From Bacteroidota bacterium (GTDB lineage: Bacteria; Bacteroidota; Bacteroidia; Bacteroidales; ML635J-15), in NCBI GenBank assembly GCA_051747965.1, contig JBNJGS010000006.1:178-64177 (forward strand): a DNA stretch of 64,000 nucleotides. The letters are read 5' to 3'. The notes below the pieces were generated by a model, which was not told where the DNA came from, searched no databases, and worked only from the letters and a program-made list of their open reading frames with translations. A program made the position numbers and the translations under genes. Below, in pieces: positions 8,801-17,114 of this stretch; positions within the stretch are counted from its first letter, which is position 1, and every line of letters begins with the position of its first letter.

Positions 8801-10569
8801 GGGTGAAAAACTTCCAGTTCATAAGTTGTGGTACTTGTCGGTGAAACGTCCACAGAATATCCGGTACTGCCATTCACTTCCCACTCCCAGTCAAGGAGTG
8901 CCAGATCAAATCCGGACAAAAGACTCAGATTAAGCGTGGCAGATTCTCCCTCACAAATGGGCCCTGTGTTGGTCACCTCATAATCCGGTTCAAGTTCATC
9001 CAGGATTTCTATGGTATAGGTTGTTGATGTCTCATCACACGGACAACCATCATCAAAAGTAAAATGTATCAATTCACCATTATCAGCAATATCGTCGGTG
9101 TAAGCTTCAATAAATAAAGTATCACTCATCTCCCCTGCCGGTATGTAAAAAGTATCCGGTATGGCAGAATAGTCCGTTCCCATGGTAGCATCACCGGTAA
9201 CTTCTATGGGTACAGGAATAACTTCATCCAGGGATGAAACATCCAGACGATCGAACACTACATTAACCGTACAGCCTTCATACACTTCGTCTGTCTGATA
9301 CCAGGGGTTAAATGCATTCACCACATATTGCTGGCCGGAGGTAAAACTACCGGCTTTAAAAAACACGCCGGAATCAAAAGAACTGTCTCCTGCATCACCA
9401 ATTGCCAGTTTAATGTGATATGTTTCACAGGCAGTCACTTCTGCTTCTGCCGTAAGCGGGATGGTAGCTCCGTCGTATTCTATGTCGTTATCGTAGGCAA
9501 GACCATCACCACCACTACCGGAGGTTGAGCCTACATAATAAACAGGGTTATTGTAAACATCATCAATGGTTACAGGATTGCCATTTGGCAACAGAGCAAT
9601 ATTGATGGAATTGTTACTATAGGGCCCGGTAATACCAGGACCTGAAAGGAAAAAACCGAATACATCATTAAAGGATGAGTTGGCAAATTCCGGGAATTCC
9701 TCAGAACCAAAAATGTAATCAAACTGCAAAGTATCACTGGCAGGCATAAAATCAAATTCAAGAATGGCAGCATCGTTCACGGTAAAACCGGGGATGAGTG
9801 CTTCAAGATCACTATCAGATCCCCCGGAGGTCATTGAGCCTGTGCTGGTTCCATCATCCGGTCCTTCTGCATCCAAAACATCACCGGATGACATGACTAT
9901 CCCTTCATCGAAGCCCGAGGTCCCTATGGCACCATTAAAGTATCCAATACTTATGGGATCACCGTTATAGGTTACATTGCTCGCCTCCAGACAACCTGAT
10001 ACCAGAATATCCTGAACAAGCTCTTGCGGTGTATAGGTGGTATTGTCAACCGTAATTAACTTGGGTTGACTTTCGGGTTCTCGCTTTTTCAGTGCGATGC
10101 TTATCTGCTGATTGGCCATATCTTCAGAAAACCACAATCTCATCAGAACATCTTCCCCTGGCTGGAAATCAGTTTGCCTGACTTTGATCAGACCCGGGGA
10201 ACTTGTCAGCATGGTAGTTTTCTCAATATCATAGGTATCGTTTGCTGATTGATATGCTGCCAGTCCGGCTTTAACGCCTTCACTATCCGTATATTTCAGA
10301 AAAACATCCACATCCTTGTTTTCCGGCATTGTAAAGCTGAAATAATAATTCTGGTTGTAATAATAACGGAAGTTATCCTCCTGTGGCAACTCCACATTTG
10401 AGTCAGGATTCAGAATAAACTCATAAAACTGCAGGTCATTTGCCGGTTTCAGAAGCACCGCCTCTTCGGGAGTGGTTGTTAATTCGGCATTGTTCTGACT
10501 GATCTGGTTTTGCGCTACAGCAAACATTGTGCTGATAATCAAGACGAAAGATATGAATATTTTTTTCAT
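5815..10569 (-). CDS. giant T9SS type B sorting domain adhesin with choice-of-anchor L domain, SprB repeats and PKD-like domains
   Basis: 1584 aa. Signal peptide MKKIFISFVLIISTMFAVAQ. Residues about 175-410 (LVQDILVSGC...YIFGSEEFPEF...FGFFLSGPG...DSSFDSGVFFKAGSF) match the choice-of-anchor L pattern. At least 7 SprB-type repeats. C-terminal FTPNGDGENDCF CTD. Confidence 0.85.
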   Translation of the reverse strand: MKKIFISFVLIISTMFAVAQNQISQNNAELTTTPEEAVLLKPANDLQFYEFILNPDSNVELPQEDNFRYYYNQNYYFSFTMPENKDVDVFLKYTDSEGVKAGLAAYQSANDTYDIEKTTMLTSSPGLIKVRQTDFQPGEDVLMRLWFSEDMANQQISIALKKREPESQPKLITVDNTTYTPQELVQDILVSGCLEASNVTYNGDPISIGYFNGAIGTSGFDEGIVMSSGDVLDAEGPDDGTSTGSMTSGGSDSDLEALIPGFTVNDAAILEFDFMPASDTLQFDYIFGSEEFPEFANSSFNDVFGFFLSGPGITGPYSNNSINIALLPNGNPVTIDDVYNNPVYYVGSTSGSGGDGLAYDNDIEYDGATIPLTAEAEVTACETYHIKLAIGDAGDSSFDSGVFFKAGSFTSGQQYVVNAFNPWYQTDEVYEGCTVNVVFDRLDVSSLDEVIPVPIEVTGDATMGTDYSAIPDTFYIPAGEMSDTLFIEAYTDDIADNGELIHFTFDDGCPCDETSTTYTIEILDELEPDYEVTNTGPICEGESATLNLSLLSGFDLALLDWEWEVNGSTGYSVDVSPTSTTTYELEVFHPCTTFVVETTVEVIPPPDVDLGDDYTAAGYTAELDADPAGDNTGYWEVISGPGSASFDDDSAGNTNVTVDSLGVYEFVWTEISLAPDCLDSDTIAIEFFHVPTPDFEIGPVPCYGDTVEVVYTGNAYDWADYDWDFDGGTVIAGSDNGPFQVLYDESGSYTISLEIDELGYIVDTSMSFVMPELLEHDLSTEDDPCYQSCNGSAQIEVEGGVMPYDYSWDSDDNEIENICAGDYGITVTDANGCTTGEQYTIDEPAELVYDTTYQNVDCNGNYTGMAEINPSGGTPPYEYNWSNSASTYQLNSINAGEYTVTITDANGCTVSETFTITEPGQLLVSLNQDVEICEGQSVNLQATPIGGTEPYTFFWSDGSGFSQGPASQMVSPDESTNYSVYVEDAHGCVSPVEDMDITVSPAMSLDLDLTDNTCYNSCDGKAVLTINGGIEPFDFSWPSDTRIYEDICSGLYSVTVVDEIGCTADTVFFIDEPDSIRYNIFSEAATCAGLADGSAWVEVTGGVTPYDYIWSNGSQEDNITAEGGTYTLTISDAHNCRQETEVEIDAPEAVSVYPGNDRTICIGGETTLTAEAMGGTDPYDYTWMGEDSTTGFDHVFTVSPVETTDYFLTVTDDNGCTGQAEMTVNVNPPLTINNVEANQDTVCQNDPITVYVDAEGGNGGPYTLTLQNGDIVPSEFTLHPEESQWWYLTLTDGCGTPAVQDSLFIPVWELPPNNFTSDIVEGCPPLEVQFNELNPDNGYSYQWNFGDEGFGFVKNPAHEYEQEGFYNVSLTVKDAHGCKTKKTINDMIEVFPKPEADFYTKPEQVSVLNPSVQFFAVTENADSLFWYFGDGDSSVWNVNKPVHIYDGFGSFNARLVVENTYGCSDTVNKIVRINDEFTFYAPEVFTPNGDGENDCFAVCGNGIDPNDFYLVVQDRWGETVFETEEYDSDNGCNTCKEGSWDGTFHGNNMKGDERLHGGLFAWYCKFKDVYGNYHEYSGFVRLIR

Positions 10570-10864
10570 AATTCAATTTTAATATGTCGGCTTCTGCTTA
10601 GCAGACGACAATTTCTTTAAATGGTTGCCTAAAATTAGTGTTTTTTTCACAAAAAGAAGCAAGAATACCCTTCGAAGTGACAAACACAATGGCAAGTGCT
10701 GGCATGGCGATGAAACTCAGGACAAATGGTGAGTCATCCGGTCATCTTAGGTAAGGCCAAAACCGGGCTTTATCAGCACGCTTATTGCGGCTAAAAAATA
10801 CAGAAAACCCCGCAAGTGCCATCATTAAAAAATAGTAAGGATTAATATAAACTTAATGGACTGA

Positions 10865-10899
10865 TTTGTAAGCTAATTTATTTTTTTTCATTACTTTTG
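10865..10899 (+). promoter_or_regulatory. candidate Bacteroidota promoter for ppdK (TTTG -33 box, TACTTTTG -7 box)
   Basis: TTTG at 10865-10868 and a TAnnTTTG match at 10892-10899, about 70 nt upstream of the ppdK ATG. The 23-nt spacer is longer than the usual 19-21. Confidence 0.3.
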
Positions 10900-10966
10900 A
10901 CCTTCAATGCCGGAAAAATCCGGTACACATTGTAAATCAAATTATTAACTCAAAAGTTAAAAGAGA

Positions 10967-13675
10967 ATGACAAAGGTAAAACGTGTTTACACCTTCGGAG
11001 ACAAAAAAGCAGAAGGAAAATCTGACATGAAAAACCTCCTTGGAGGTAAAGGTGCGAATCTTGCTGAGATGAACCTGGTTGGTGTTCCGGTACCTCCGGG
11101 CTTCACAATCACAACAGACGTATGTCTGGAATATAATCAGATTGGTCATGATGAAACCATCAAGCTGCTAAAAACAGAAGTTGAAGAAGCAATCAGGAAT
11201 TTAGAAAATATCATGGGAACAGAATTTGGCAGTAATGAAAACCCACTGCTTTTATCTGTGCGTTCGGGTGCTCGTGTTTCCATGCCGGGTATGATGGATA
11301 CTGTTCTGAACCTTGGCCTGAATGAGGCAGCTGTTGAAGGTCTGATTAAAAAAACCAACAACCCGAGATTTGCCTGGGATTCTTATCGTCGCTTTATCCA
11401 GATGTATGGTGATGTGGTGATGGGTATGAAACCGGCTTCCAAGGAAGAGATTGATCCTTTCGAGGAAATCATCGAAAAAATAAAAGAAGAAAAGAATGTA
11501 GAACTTGACACCCATCTTGAGGTTGAAGACCTGAAAGACATGGTTCAGCGCTTTTTGCTGGCAGTTGAAGAAAACACCGGCAAGAAATTCCCTACAGATC
11601 CATGGGAACAGCTCTGGGGTTCAGTAATGGCAGTTTTTGATAGCTGGAATAACAGCCGTGCCATCTATTACCGGAACATGAATAAAATACCACATGAATG
11701 GGGTACTGCAGTTAATGTACAGGCCATGGTATTCGGTAATATGGGAGAAAATTCTGCAACAGGTGTAGCCTTTACACGTGATGCTGCCACAGGCGAAAAT
11801 ATTTTCAATGGTGAATACCTGATCAACGCTCAGGGCGAAGATGTAGTTGCCGGTGTTAGAACACCATTACAAATCACACTTGAAGGTGCAAAACGCTGGG
11901 CTGAATTTGCCGGTGTATCTGAGGAAGAGCGGGCCAAAAACTTCCCTTCACTGGAAGAGGCCATGCCCAAACTCTACAAAGAACTTTTTGATATTCAGGA
12001 AAAACTTGAGCAGCATTATAAAGACATGCAGGACCTTGAGTTTACCATTCAGGATGGCAAACTCTGGCTGCTACAGACCCGTGGCGGAAAACGCACAGGT
12101 GCTGCCATGGTAAAAATAGCCATTGACATGCTGGAAGAAGGCATGATTGATGAAAAAACCGCACTAAAGCACGTTGATCCTGAAAGACTGAATGAGCTTC
12201 TCCACCCGGTTTTTGACAAAGATGAACTCCAGAAAGCAGAAACCCTGACAAAAGGATTGCCGGCATCACCTGGTGCAGCTACCGGACAGATTATTTTCTT
12301 TGCTGATGAGGCTCACAAATATGAAAACTCCATGCTGGTGCGAATTGAAACATCACCGGAAGATCTGGAAGGCATGAATGTAGCCCGCGGAATTCTTACC
12401 GCTCGTGGTGGTATGACATCACATGCTGCTGTTGTAGCACGTGGCATGGGCAAATGCTGTGTTTCCGGAGCAGGAAGCATCAAGATCAATTACAAAAAAC
12501 GTACACTTACAATCAACGGCCGCGTTTTCAAAGAAGGCGACTGGATTTCACTCAATGGTACTACCGGAGAAGTATACGACGACAAAGTACCGACCAGGAA
12601 ACCTGAACTCAGTGGTAACTTTGGCCAGTTGATGGAATTGTCCGAGAAATACACAAAAATGCATGTCCGCACAAACGCAGACACACCCAAAGATGCACGT
12701 GCCGCCCATGAATTTGGTGCCAAAGGAATCGGACTTTGCCGTACCGAGCATATGTTCTTTGAAGGTGACCGTATCAAAGCTGTACGTGAAATGATTCTGG
12801 CAAATGATGAAGCCGGACGTCGCAAAGCACTGAAAAAACTTCTCCCCTACCAGCGTGAGGATTTTGAAGGTATTTTTGAAGCCATGCAGGATCTCCCGGT
12901 AACTGTTCGTCTGCTGGACCCGCCACTGCACGAATTTGTACCACACGAAACTGAAAATCAAGAAGAAATGGCCAAAGAAATGGGCATTTCTGCTGAAGAA
13001 GTAAAAGCCAAAGTGGAAGAACTCAGCGAGTTTAATCCCATGCTTGGACACAGAGGCTGCCGTCTGGGTAATACATATCCGGAAATCACCGAAATGCAGG
13101 CCAGGGCAATCATCGAGGCTGCACTCAATCTCAAGAAAAATGGCATTACTGCAAAACCTGAAATCATGGTTCCTCTAACCGGAACACTACAGGAAATGAA
13201 AATGCAGGAAGAAATCGTAAGAAATACAATCAATACGGTTTTTGAAGAACGCAATGACAAAATCGACTATCTTGTGGGTACCATGATTGAGATTCCCCGT
13301 GCCGCTCTGACTGCAGATGAAATTGCCAAATCAGCCGAATTCTTCTCCTTTGGCACAAACGACCTTACCCAGATGACCTTTGGATACAGTCGTGATGATG
13401 CCGGAAGATTCCTGCCGATTTATCTTGAAAAAGGCATTCTCAAAAATGATCCTTTCCAGGTACTTGACCAGGAAGGTGTGGGTCAGCTTGTGGAAATGGG
13501 AACCTTGAAAGGACGTCAGACCAAGCCCGACCTCAAAGTAGGTATTTGCGGCGAACATGGCGGCGAACCTTCATCCGTAAAATTCTGCCACAAAGTTGGT
13601 ATGGATTACGTCTCCTGTTCACCATTCCGCGTGCCAATTGCACGTTTGGCTGCAGCTCAGGCAAATATTGAATAA
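10967..13675 (+). CDS. ppdK: pyruvate, phosphate dikinase
   Basis: 902 aa. N-terminus MTKVKRVYTFG..GKSDMKNLLGGKGANLAEM, phosphohistidine motif GGMTSHAAVVARGMG, C-terminal GICGEHGGEPSS. Confidence 0.97.
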   Translation: MTKVKRVYTFGDKKAEGKSDMKNLLGGKGANLAEMNLVGVPVPPGFTITTDVCLEYNQIGHDETIKLLKTEVEEAIRNLENIMGTEFGSNENPLLLSVRSGARVSMPGMMDTVLNLGLNEAAVEGLIKKTNNPRFAWDSYRRFIQMYGDVVMGMKPASKEEIDPFEEIIEKIKEEKNVELDTHLEVEDLKDMVQRFLLAVEENTGKKFPTDPWEQLWGSVMAVFDSWNNSRAIYYRNMNKIPHEWGTAVNVQAMVFGNMGENSATGVAFTRDAATGENIFNGEYLINAQGEDVVAGVRTPLQITLEGAKRWAEFAGVSEEERAKNFPSLEEAMPKLYKELFDIQEKLEQHYKDMQDLEFTIQDGKLWLLQTRGGKRTGAAMVKIAIDMLEEGMIDEKTALKHVDPERLNELLHPVFDKDELQKAETLTKGLPASPGAATGQIIFFADEAHKYENSMLVRIETSPEDLEGMNVARGILTARGGMTSHAAVVARGMGKCCVSGAGSIKINYKKRTLTINGRVFKEGDWISLNGTTGEVYDDKVPTRKPELSGNFGQLMELSEKYTKMHVRTNADTPKDARAAHEFGAKGIGLCRTEHMFFEGDRIKAVREMILANDEAGRRKALKKLLPYQREDFEGIFEAMQDLPVTVRLLDPPLHEFVPHETENQEEMAKEMGISAEEVKAKVEELSEFNPMLGHRGCRLGNTYPEITEMQARAIIEAALNLKKNGITAKPEIMVPLTGTLQEMKMQEEIVRNTINTVFEERNDKIDYLVGTMIEIPRAALTADEIAKSAEFFSFGTNDLTQMTFGYSRDDAGRFLPIYLEKGILKNDPFQVLDQEGVGQLVEMGTLKGRQTKPDLKVGICGEHGGEPSSVKFCHKVGMDYVSCSPFRVPIARLAAAQANIE

Positions 13676-13698
13676 GGAAAGTAAGTCTCTGAAATAAG

Positions 13699-13733
13699 AA
13701 AAGCGAAAGCCGGTTGGTTTTCGCTTTTTTTTA
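13699..13733 (+). terminator. rho-independent terminator after ppdK
   Basis: AAAGCGAAA / TTTCGCTTT stem (13700-13708 with 13719-27) followed by a T-run. Confidence 0.75.
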
Positions 13734-13976
13734 TTTCTGCAAAACAAATCTTTCACAGAAACTGATTATACTGCCAACACATGACAGCAAGGCTACATCC
13801 ATAATGGGACAGCAGAACTGTGTTCATTTAAAAACAGGGCAAGAAAGTTTTGAGTATCCGGTAAGATAAGAATGGAACAATAGCCACTGAGAAAAAATGG
13901 TTTGCCTTCACGGATATACAATCCAGCCTTGATTCACAATAAAAACCCACCTTTCTCAAAACAGTTTTCATCAAAA

Positions 13977-13999
13977 AAGGCCCCGTTTTTCGGGACCTT
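13977..13999 (-). terminator. terminator hairpin after pepD (bidirectional-looking)
   Basis: AGGCCCCG-TTTTT-CGGGACCT forms an 8-bp stem with one mismatch. It is flanked by an A-run upstream and a T-run downstream, 25 nt past the pepD stop. Confidence 0.6.
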
Positions 14000-14023
14000 T
14001 TGTTTTGTTATGCTGATAAGTCA

Positions 14024-15481
14024 TTATTTTTTTGGAGCATTTTCCAGGGTGGCTACCAGCCAGTTCCAGAAACGCTGCACGGTTTCGATATTCACTTTTT
14101 CATCGGGTGAATGCGGATAACGGATGGTAGGTCCAAAAGAAATCATATCCCAGTTGGTATAAACGCTGCCAAGTATTCCACATTCAAGACCGGCATGAAT
14201 TGCCTTGATCTCTGGTGTGTGATCGTAAATATCTCTGTAAACATTTTGCATTGTTTTCAGAATTTCCGATTCCATATTGGGCTTCCAGCCTGGATATTCT
14301 CCGGCGAGCTCAACATCAGCACCCATTTTTTTGTATAGTGCTTTGATGCTTTCTGCTTCTTTGATTTTTTGATCATCATCAGAAGAACGCATCAGGTTTT
14401 TCATTTCGAGCTTGCCATCCTTTAGGGAAACCACGGCCAGATTATTGGAAGTTTCCACCAGGTCTTTCATGCTTTCACTCATTTTGATAACACCATGAGG
14501 TGTTTTCATTACTGCTTCAATGAGTGCCTTCATGTCCTCGTCTTTCAGAACTTTTCCGGGCATATCGGTGGTTTTGGCATCCAGACCGATACCATCTTCA
14601 ATGCCTTGATATTCTTCACGGAATTCTTTGAGAAATTTGTTTGCCAAATCAACAAACACATCAGTTTTATCTTTATCCACAGTAACTACTGCCACGCATT
14701 CCCGCGGGATAGCATTGCGCAGGTCACCGCCGGAAATTTCGGCCACTTTCATTCCTGCTTTATCTGTAGCTTCTTCAAATAAACGGAACATCAGCTTGTT
14801 GGCATTGGCACGCCCACGGTTAATATCCATACCGGAATGTCCGCCTTTGAGGCCTTTAACATGTACTTTGTAGGCAGTTGCATTGGCCGGAGCATTTTCC
14901 ATATCAAAGGATTTTTCTGCATTGATATCAATACCACCGGCACAACCGACATACATTTCTCCTTCATCTTCGGAATCCATATTGATCAGGATATCTCCTT
15001 TGAGGATACCTGCTTCCAAACCGTTGGCGCCTGTCATACCGGTTTCTTCATCCACAGTAAAAAGGGCTTCAACCAGGGGATGTTTCAAATCGGTAGCTTC
15101 AAGCACAGCCATGGCAGCAGCCACACCCATACCATTATCAGCGCCCAGGGTAGTACCTTCTGCGGTTACCCATTCACCATCCACATATGCTTTGATGGGA
15201 TCTTTCTCGAAATCATGCTCAACATCAGAATTTTTCTGAGGAACCATATCAAGATGACCCTGCAGGACAATCCCTTTTCGGTCTTCCATGCCGGGGGTAG
15301 CCGGCTTGCGGATAATTACATTACCAACTTTGTCTACAATGGTTTCAAGACCAAGGTTTTCACCGAAATGCTTAACAAATTCAATTATTTTCGCTTCCTT
15401 TTTACTTGGTCGCGGAATCTGAGTAAGTGCATGGAAGTGTCTCCAAAGCGCTTCTGGTTTTAAATTTAAGATGTCACTCAT
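14024..15481 (-). CDS. pepD: aminoacyl-histidine dipeptidase (M20C, Xaa-His dipeptidase)
   Basis: 485 aa, colinear with E. coli PepD as I recall it: LWRHF..L..IPRPS, VLQGHLDMVPQKN, TTLGADNGMGVA, INMDSEDEGE.YVGCAGG, GLKGGHSG, IHAGLECG, GPTI..PHSPDEKV. Confidence 0.95.
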   Translation of the reverse strand: MSDILNLKPEALWRHFHALTQIPRPSKKEAKIIEFVKHFGENLGLETIVDKVGNVIIRKPATPGMEDRKGIVLQGHLDMVPQKNSDVEHDFEKDPIKAYVDGEWVTAEGTTLGADNGMGVAAAMAVLEATDLKHPLVEALFTVDEETGMTGANGLEAGILKGDILINMDSEDEGEMYVGCAGGIDINAEKSFDMENAPANATAYKVHVKGLKGGHSGMDINRGRANANKLMFRLFEEATDKAGMKVAEISGGDLRNAIPRECVAVVTVDKDKTDVFVDLANKFLKEFREEYQGIEDGIGLDAKTTDMPGKVLKDEDMKALIEAVMKTPHGVIKMSESMKDLVETSNNLAVVSLKDGKLEMKNLMRSSDDDQKIKEAESIKALYKKMGADVELAGEYPGWKPNMESEILKTMQNVYRDIYDHTPEIKAIHAGLECGILGSVYTNWDMISFGPTIRYPHSPDEKVNIETVQRFWNWLVATLENAPKK

Positions 15482-15638
15482 TGTTGTTTATTTTTTGTTT
15501 AACAATTATAAAGAAGCCTAAAGGTAAGAAACTTTTCCCGTATTAAAAAATAGTTTACACCAAGGCATGCTGCATCACGAAAGAGCCGGCATTTCAAGCA
15601 AATACACATAATAATGGCAAACTACTGATAAGTATGTC

Positions 15639-17114
15639 TTACTCCTCCTCCAGCTTCATCCTGGGAGAATCAAAAAGAAATTCCTGATGAATCCGGGGAC
15701 TGCCGGTATCGAGATATTCTATGGTTTTCAAAAGCCTGCCGGGTTTGATATCTTTGGCTTTGATCACGGTATCAGAGTCCACAATATACAATCTTGGAAT
15801 TTTGTACAAACCGTAATTTTTGTCCAGATCGTATTCGAGGTGCGGATTCCAGACTGTGATTGGGAAGAAATCATAACGTTCTGCCGCATATTGCATTGCA
15901 TTTCTGTTTTGCCCGTTATATACAGCAATCACTTCTATATTGTCCTTTTGCAAGTCAGGATACAAATCAACGAGCTGTTTGCTTTTGGCCATACATACAT
16001 CACATTCCGGATCCCAGAACCACAATATGGTATAGTCGGCACCCGGAGCCACTTGCTCATGCATATTTCCATCGGCATCCGGCAAACGGAAAGAGGCAGC
16101 CTTCTGATTCACCAGATTCCGTCTCAACTGATCTGCTTTATATGTAATTCTTTCGGCTGCTGCCTGTGATATCCATGGCAGCTTATCGGAATTGAACCAT
16201 TCATCTGCCATAAATACGAGTACCCATTCCATGCCGATGGCATCAGGCTCATTGTAATAATCAACAAGGAAGCTCGCCACGTACCGGTGGGCTGTTTCCG
16301 AAGCAGAAGCTTTATTCATCAATCTGTTGATATCGGCCTTAACCTGATCAACAGAATCAGGACGGCTATCCAGGAAATACTGGCAAAACTGATGCAATTT
16401 TTGATGCACAATATAATCAGGTGTATTAAAAACGCCTGGCTCGGAAAAGTTGATATTATCAAAGAAATGTTCTTTCACCCATTTCAGATAGGCATCCGGC
16501 TGTGTATTTTCCAGTGCTTTTATTTCCGGTGGAGGCTTAACAGGGATGAGTGCTTTGACAATATCTCCCAGCAGTACACCATCGAACATCCTGCTCAGGC
16601 TGTCATAATAATGTGAACGTTGGGCGGATATGGCAGAGATTCTGTTTTTCACTGCATTCAGTGAATCCTTGTTTGTCCGGGCATAGTATTTTTTTTCTAC
16701 CTCCAGTTGTTTGCCACGGCGGTTGAAATCAGCCATGGTTTTCTGAAAATCAATGAAGGCCTGGTTTTGAAAGCTGCCTTTTTGTTTCAGGGAATCGAGC
16801 ATATGATAGGCATGTGTGCTCACGGAAAAGTTCTGGTCTTCATCAATCAGGATCTCCACATATGCCGATGATTCAAGGAGAATAAAATAGATACCGTGTT
16901 CCAGTTTGCCTTCTCCTTCAAATACAGCCATCCCGCCGGCGTCTGTTTTTGTCGTATCCAGAATAAACACATCAGGTCCCGAATGCCGCCCAAGACGGAC
17001 AACATGATCGGGCAAATCATGTATTTTAACTTCTATGCGATATGCCCAAAGTGAAGTTGATATCAGACATAAAGCAAACAGAGCGAGGTATCTGAATCCT
17101 TTAGCCATCAGCAT
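15639..17114 (-). CDS. thioredoxin-fold thiol:disulfide oxidoreductase-like protein (TlpA-like, DUF4369/DUF5106-type architecture), paralog B
   Basis: The ORF track gives 17150. A start at ATG 17114 or 17108 (MLMAKGF.. signal peptide) fits better with the upstream stop at 17101. C-terminal thioredoxin fold has WFWDPECDVC. Colinear with the adjacent paralog. Confidence 0.75.
   Translation of the reverse strand: MLMAKGFRYLALFALCLISTSLWAYRIEVKIHDLPDHVVRLGRHSGPDVFILDTTKTDAGGMAVFEGEGKLEHGIYFILLESSAYVEILIDEDQNFSVSTHAYHMLDSLKQKGSFQNQAFIDFQKTMADFNRRGKQLEVEKKYYARTNKDSLNAVKNRISAISAQRSHYYDSLSRMFDGVLLGDIVKALIPVKPPPEIKALENTQPDAYLKWVKEHFFDNINFSEPGVFNTPDYIVHQKLHQFCQYFLDSRPDSVDQVKADINRLMNKASASETAHRYVASFLVDYYNEPDAIGMEWVLVFMADEWFNSDKLPWISQAAAERITYKADQLRRNLVNQKAASFRLPDADGNMHEQVAPGADYTILWFWDPECDVCMAKSKQLVDLYPDLQKDNIEVIAVYNGQNRNAMQYAAERYDFFPITVWNPHLEYDLDKNYGLYKIPRLYIVDSDTVIKAKDIKPGRLLKTIEYLDTGSPRIHQEFLFDSPRMKLEEE

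Noticed and set aside
10742-10744. In-frame TGA in the small minus-strand ORF as a selenocysteine or programmed readthrough site
   Set aside because: There is no SECIS-like hairpin immediately downstream and no supporting context. Chance or gene decay is more parsimonious.
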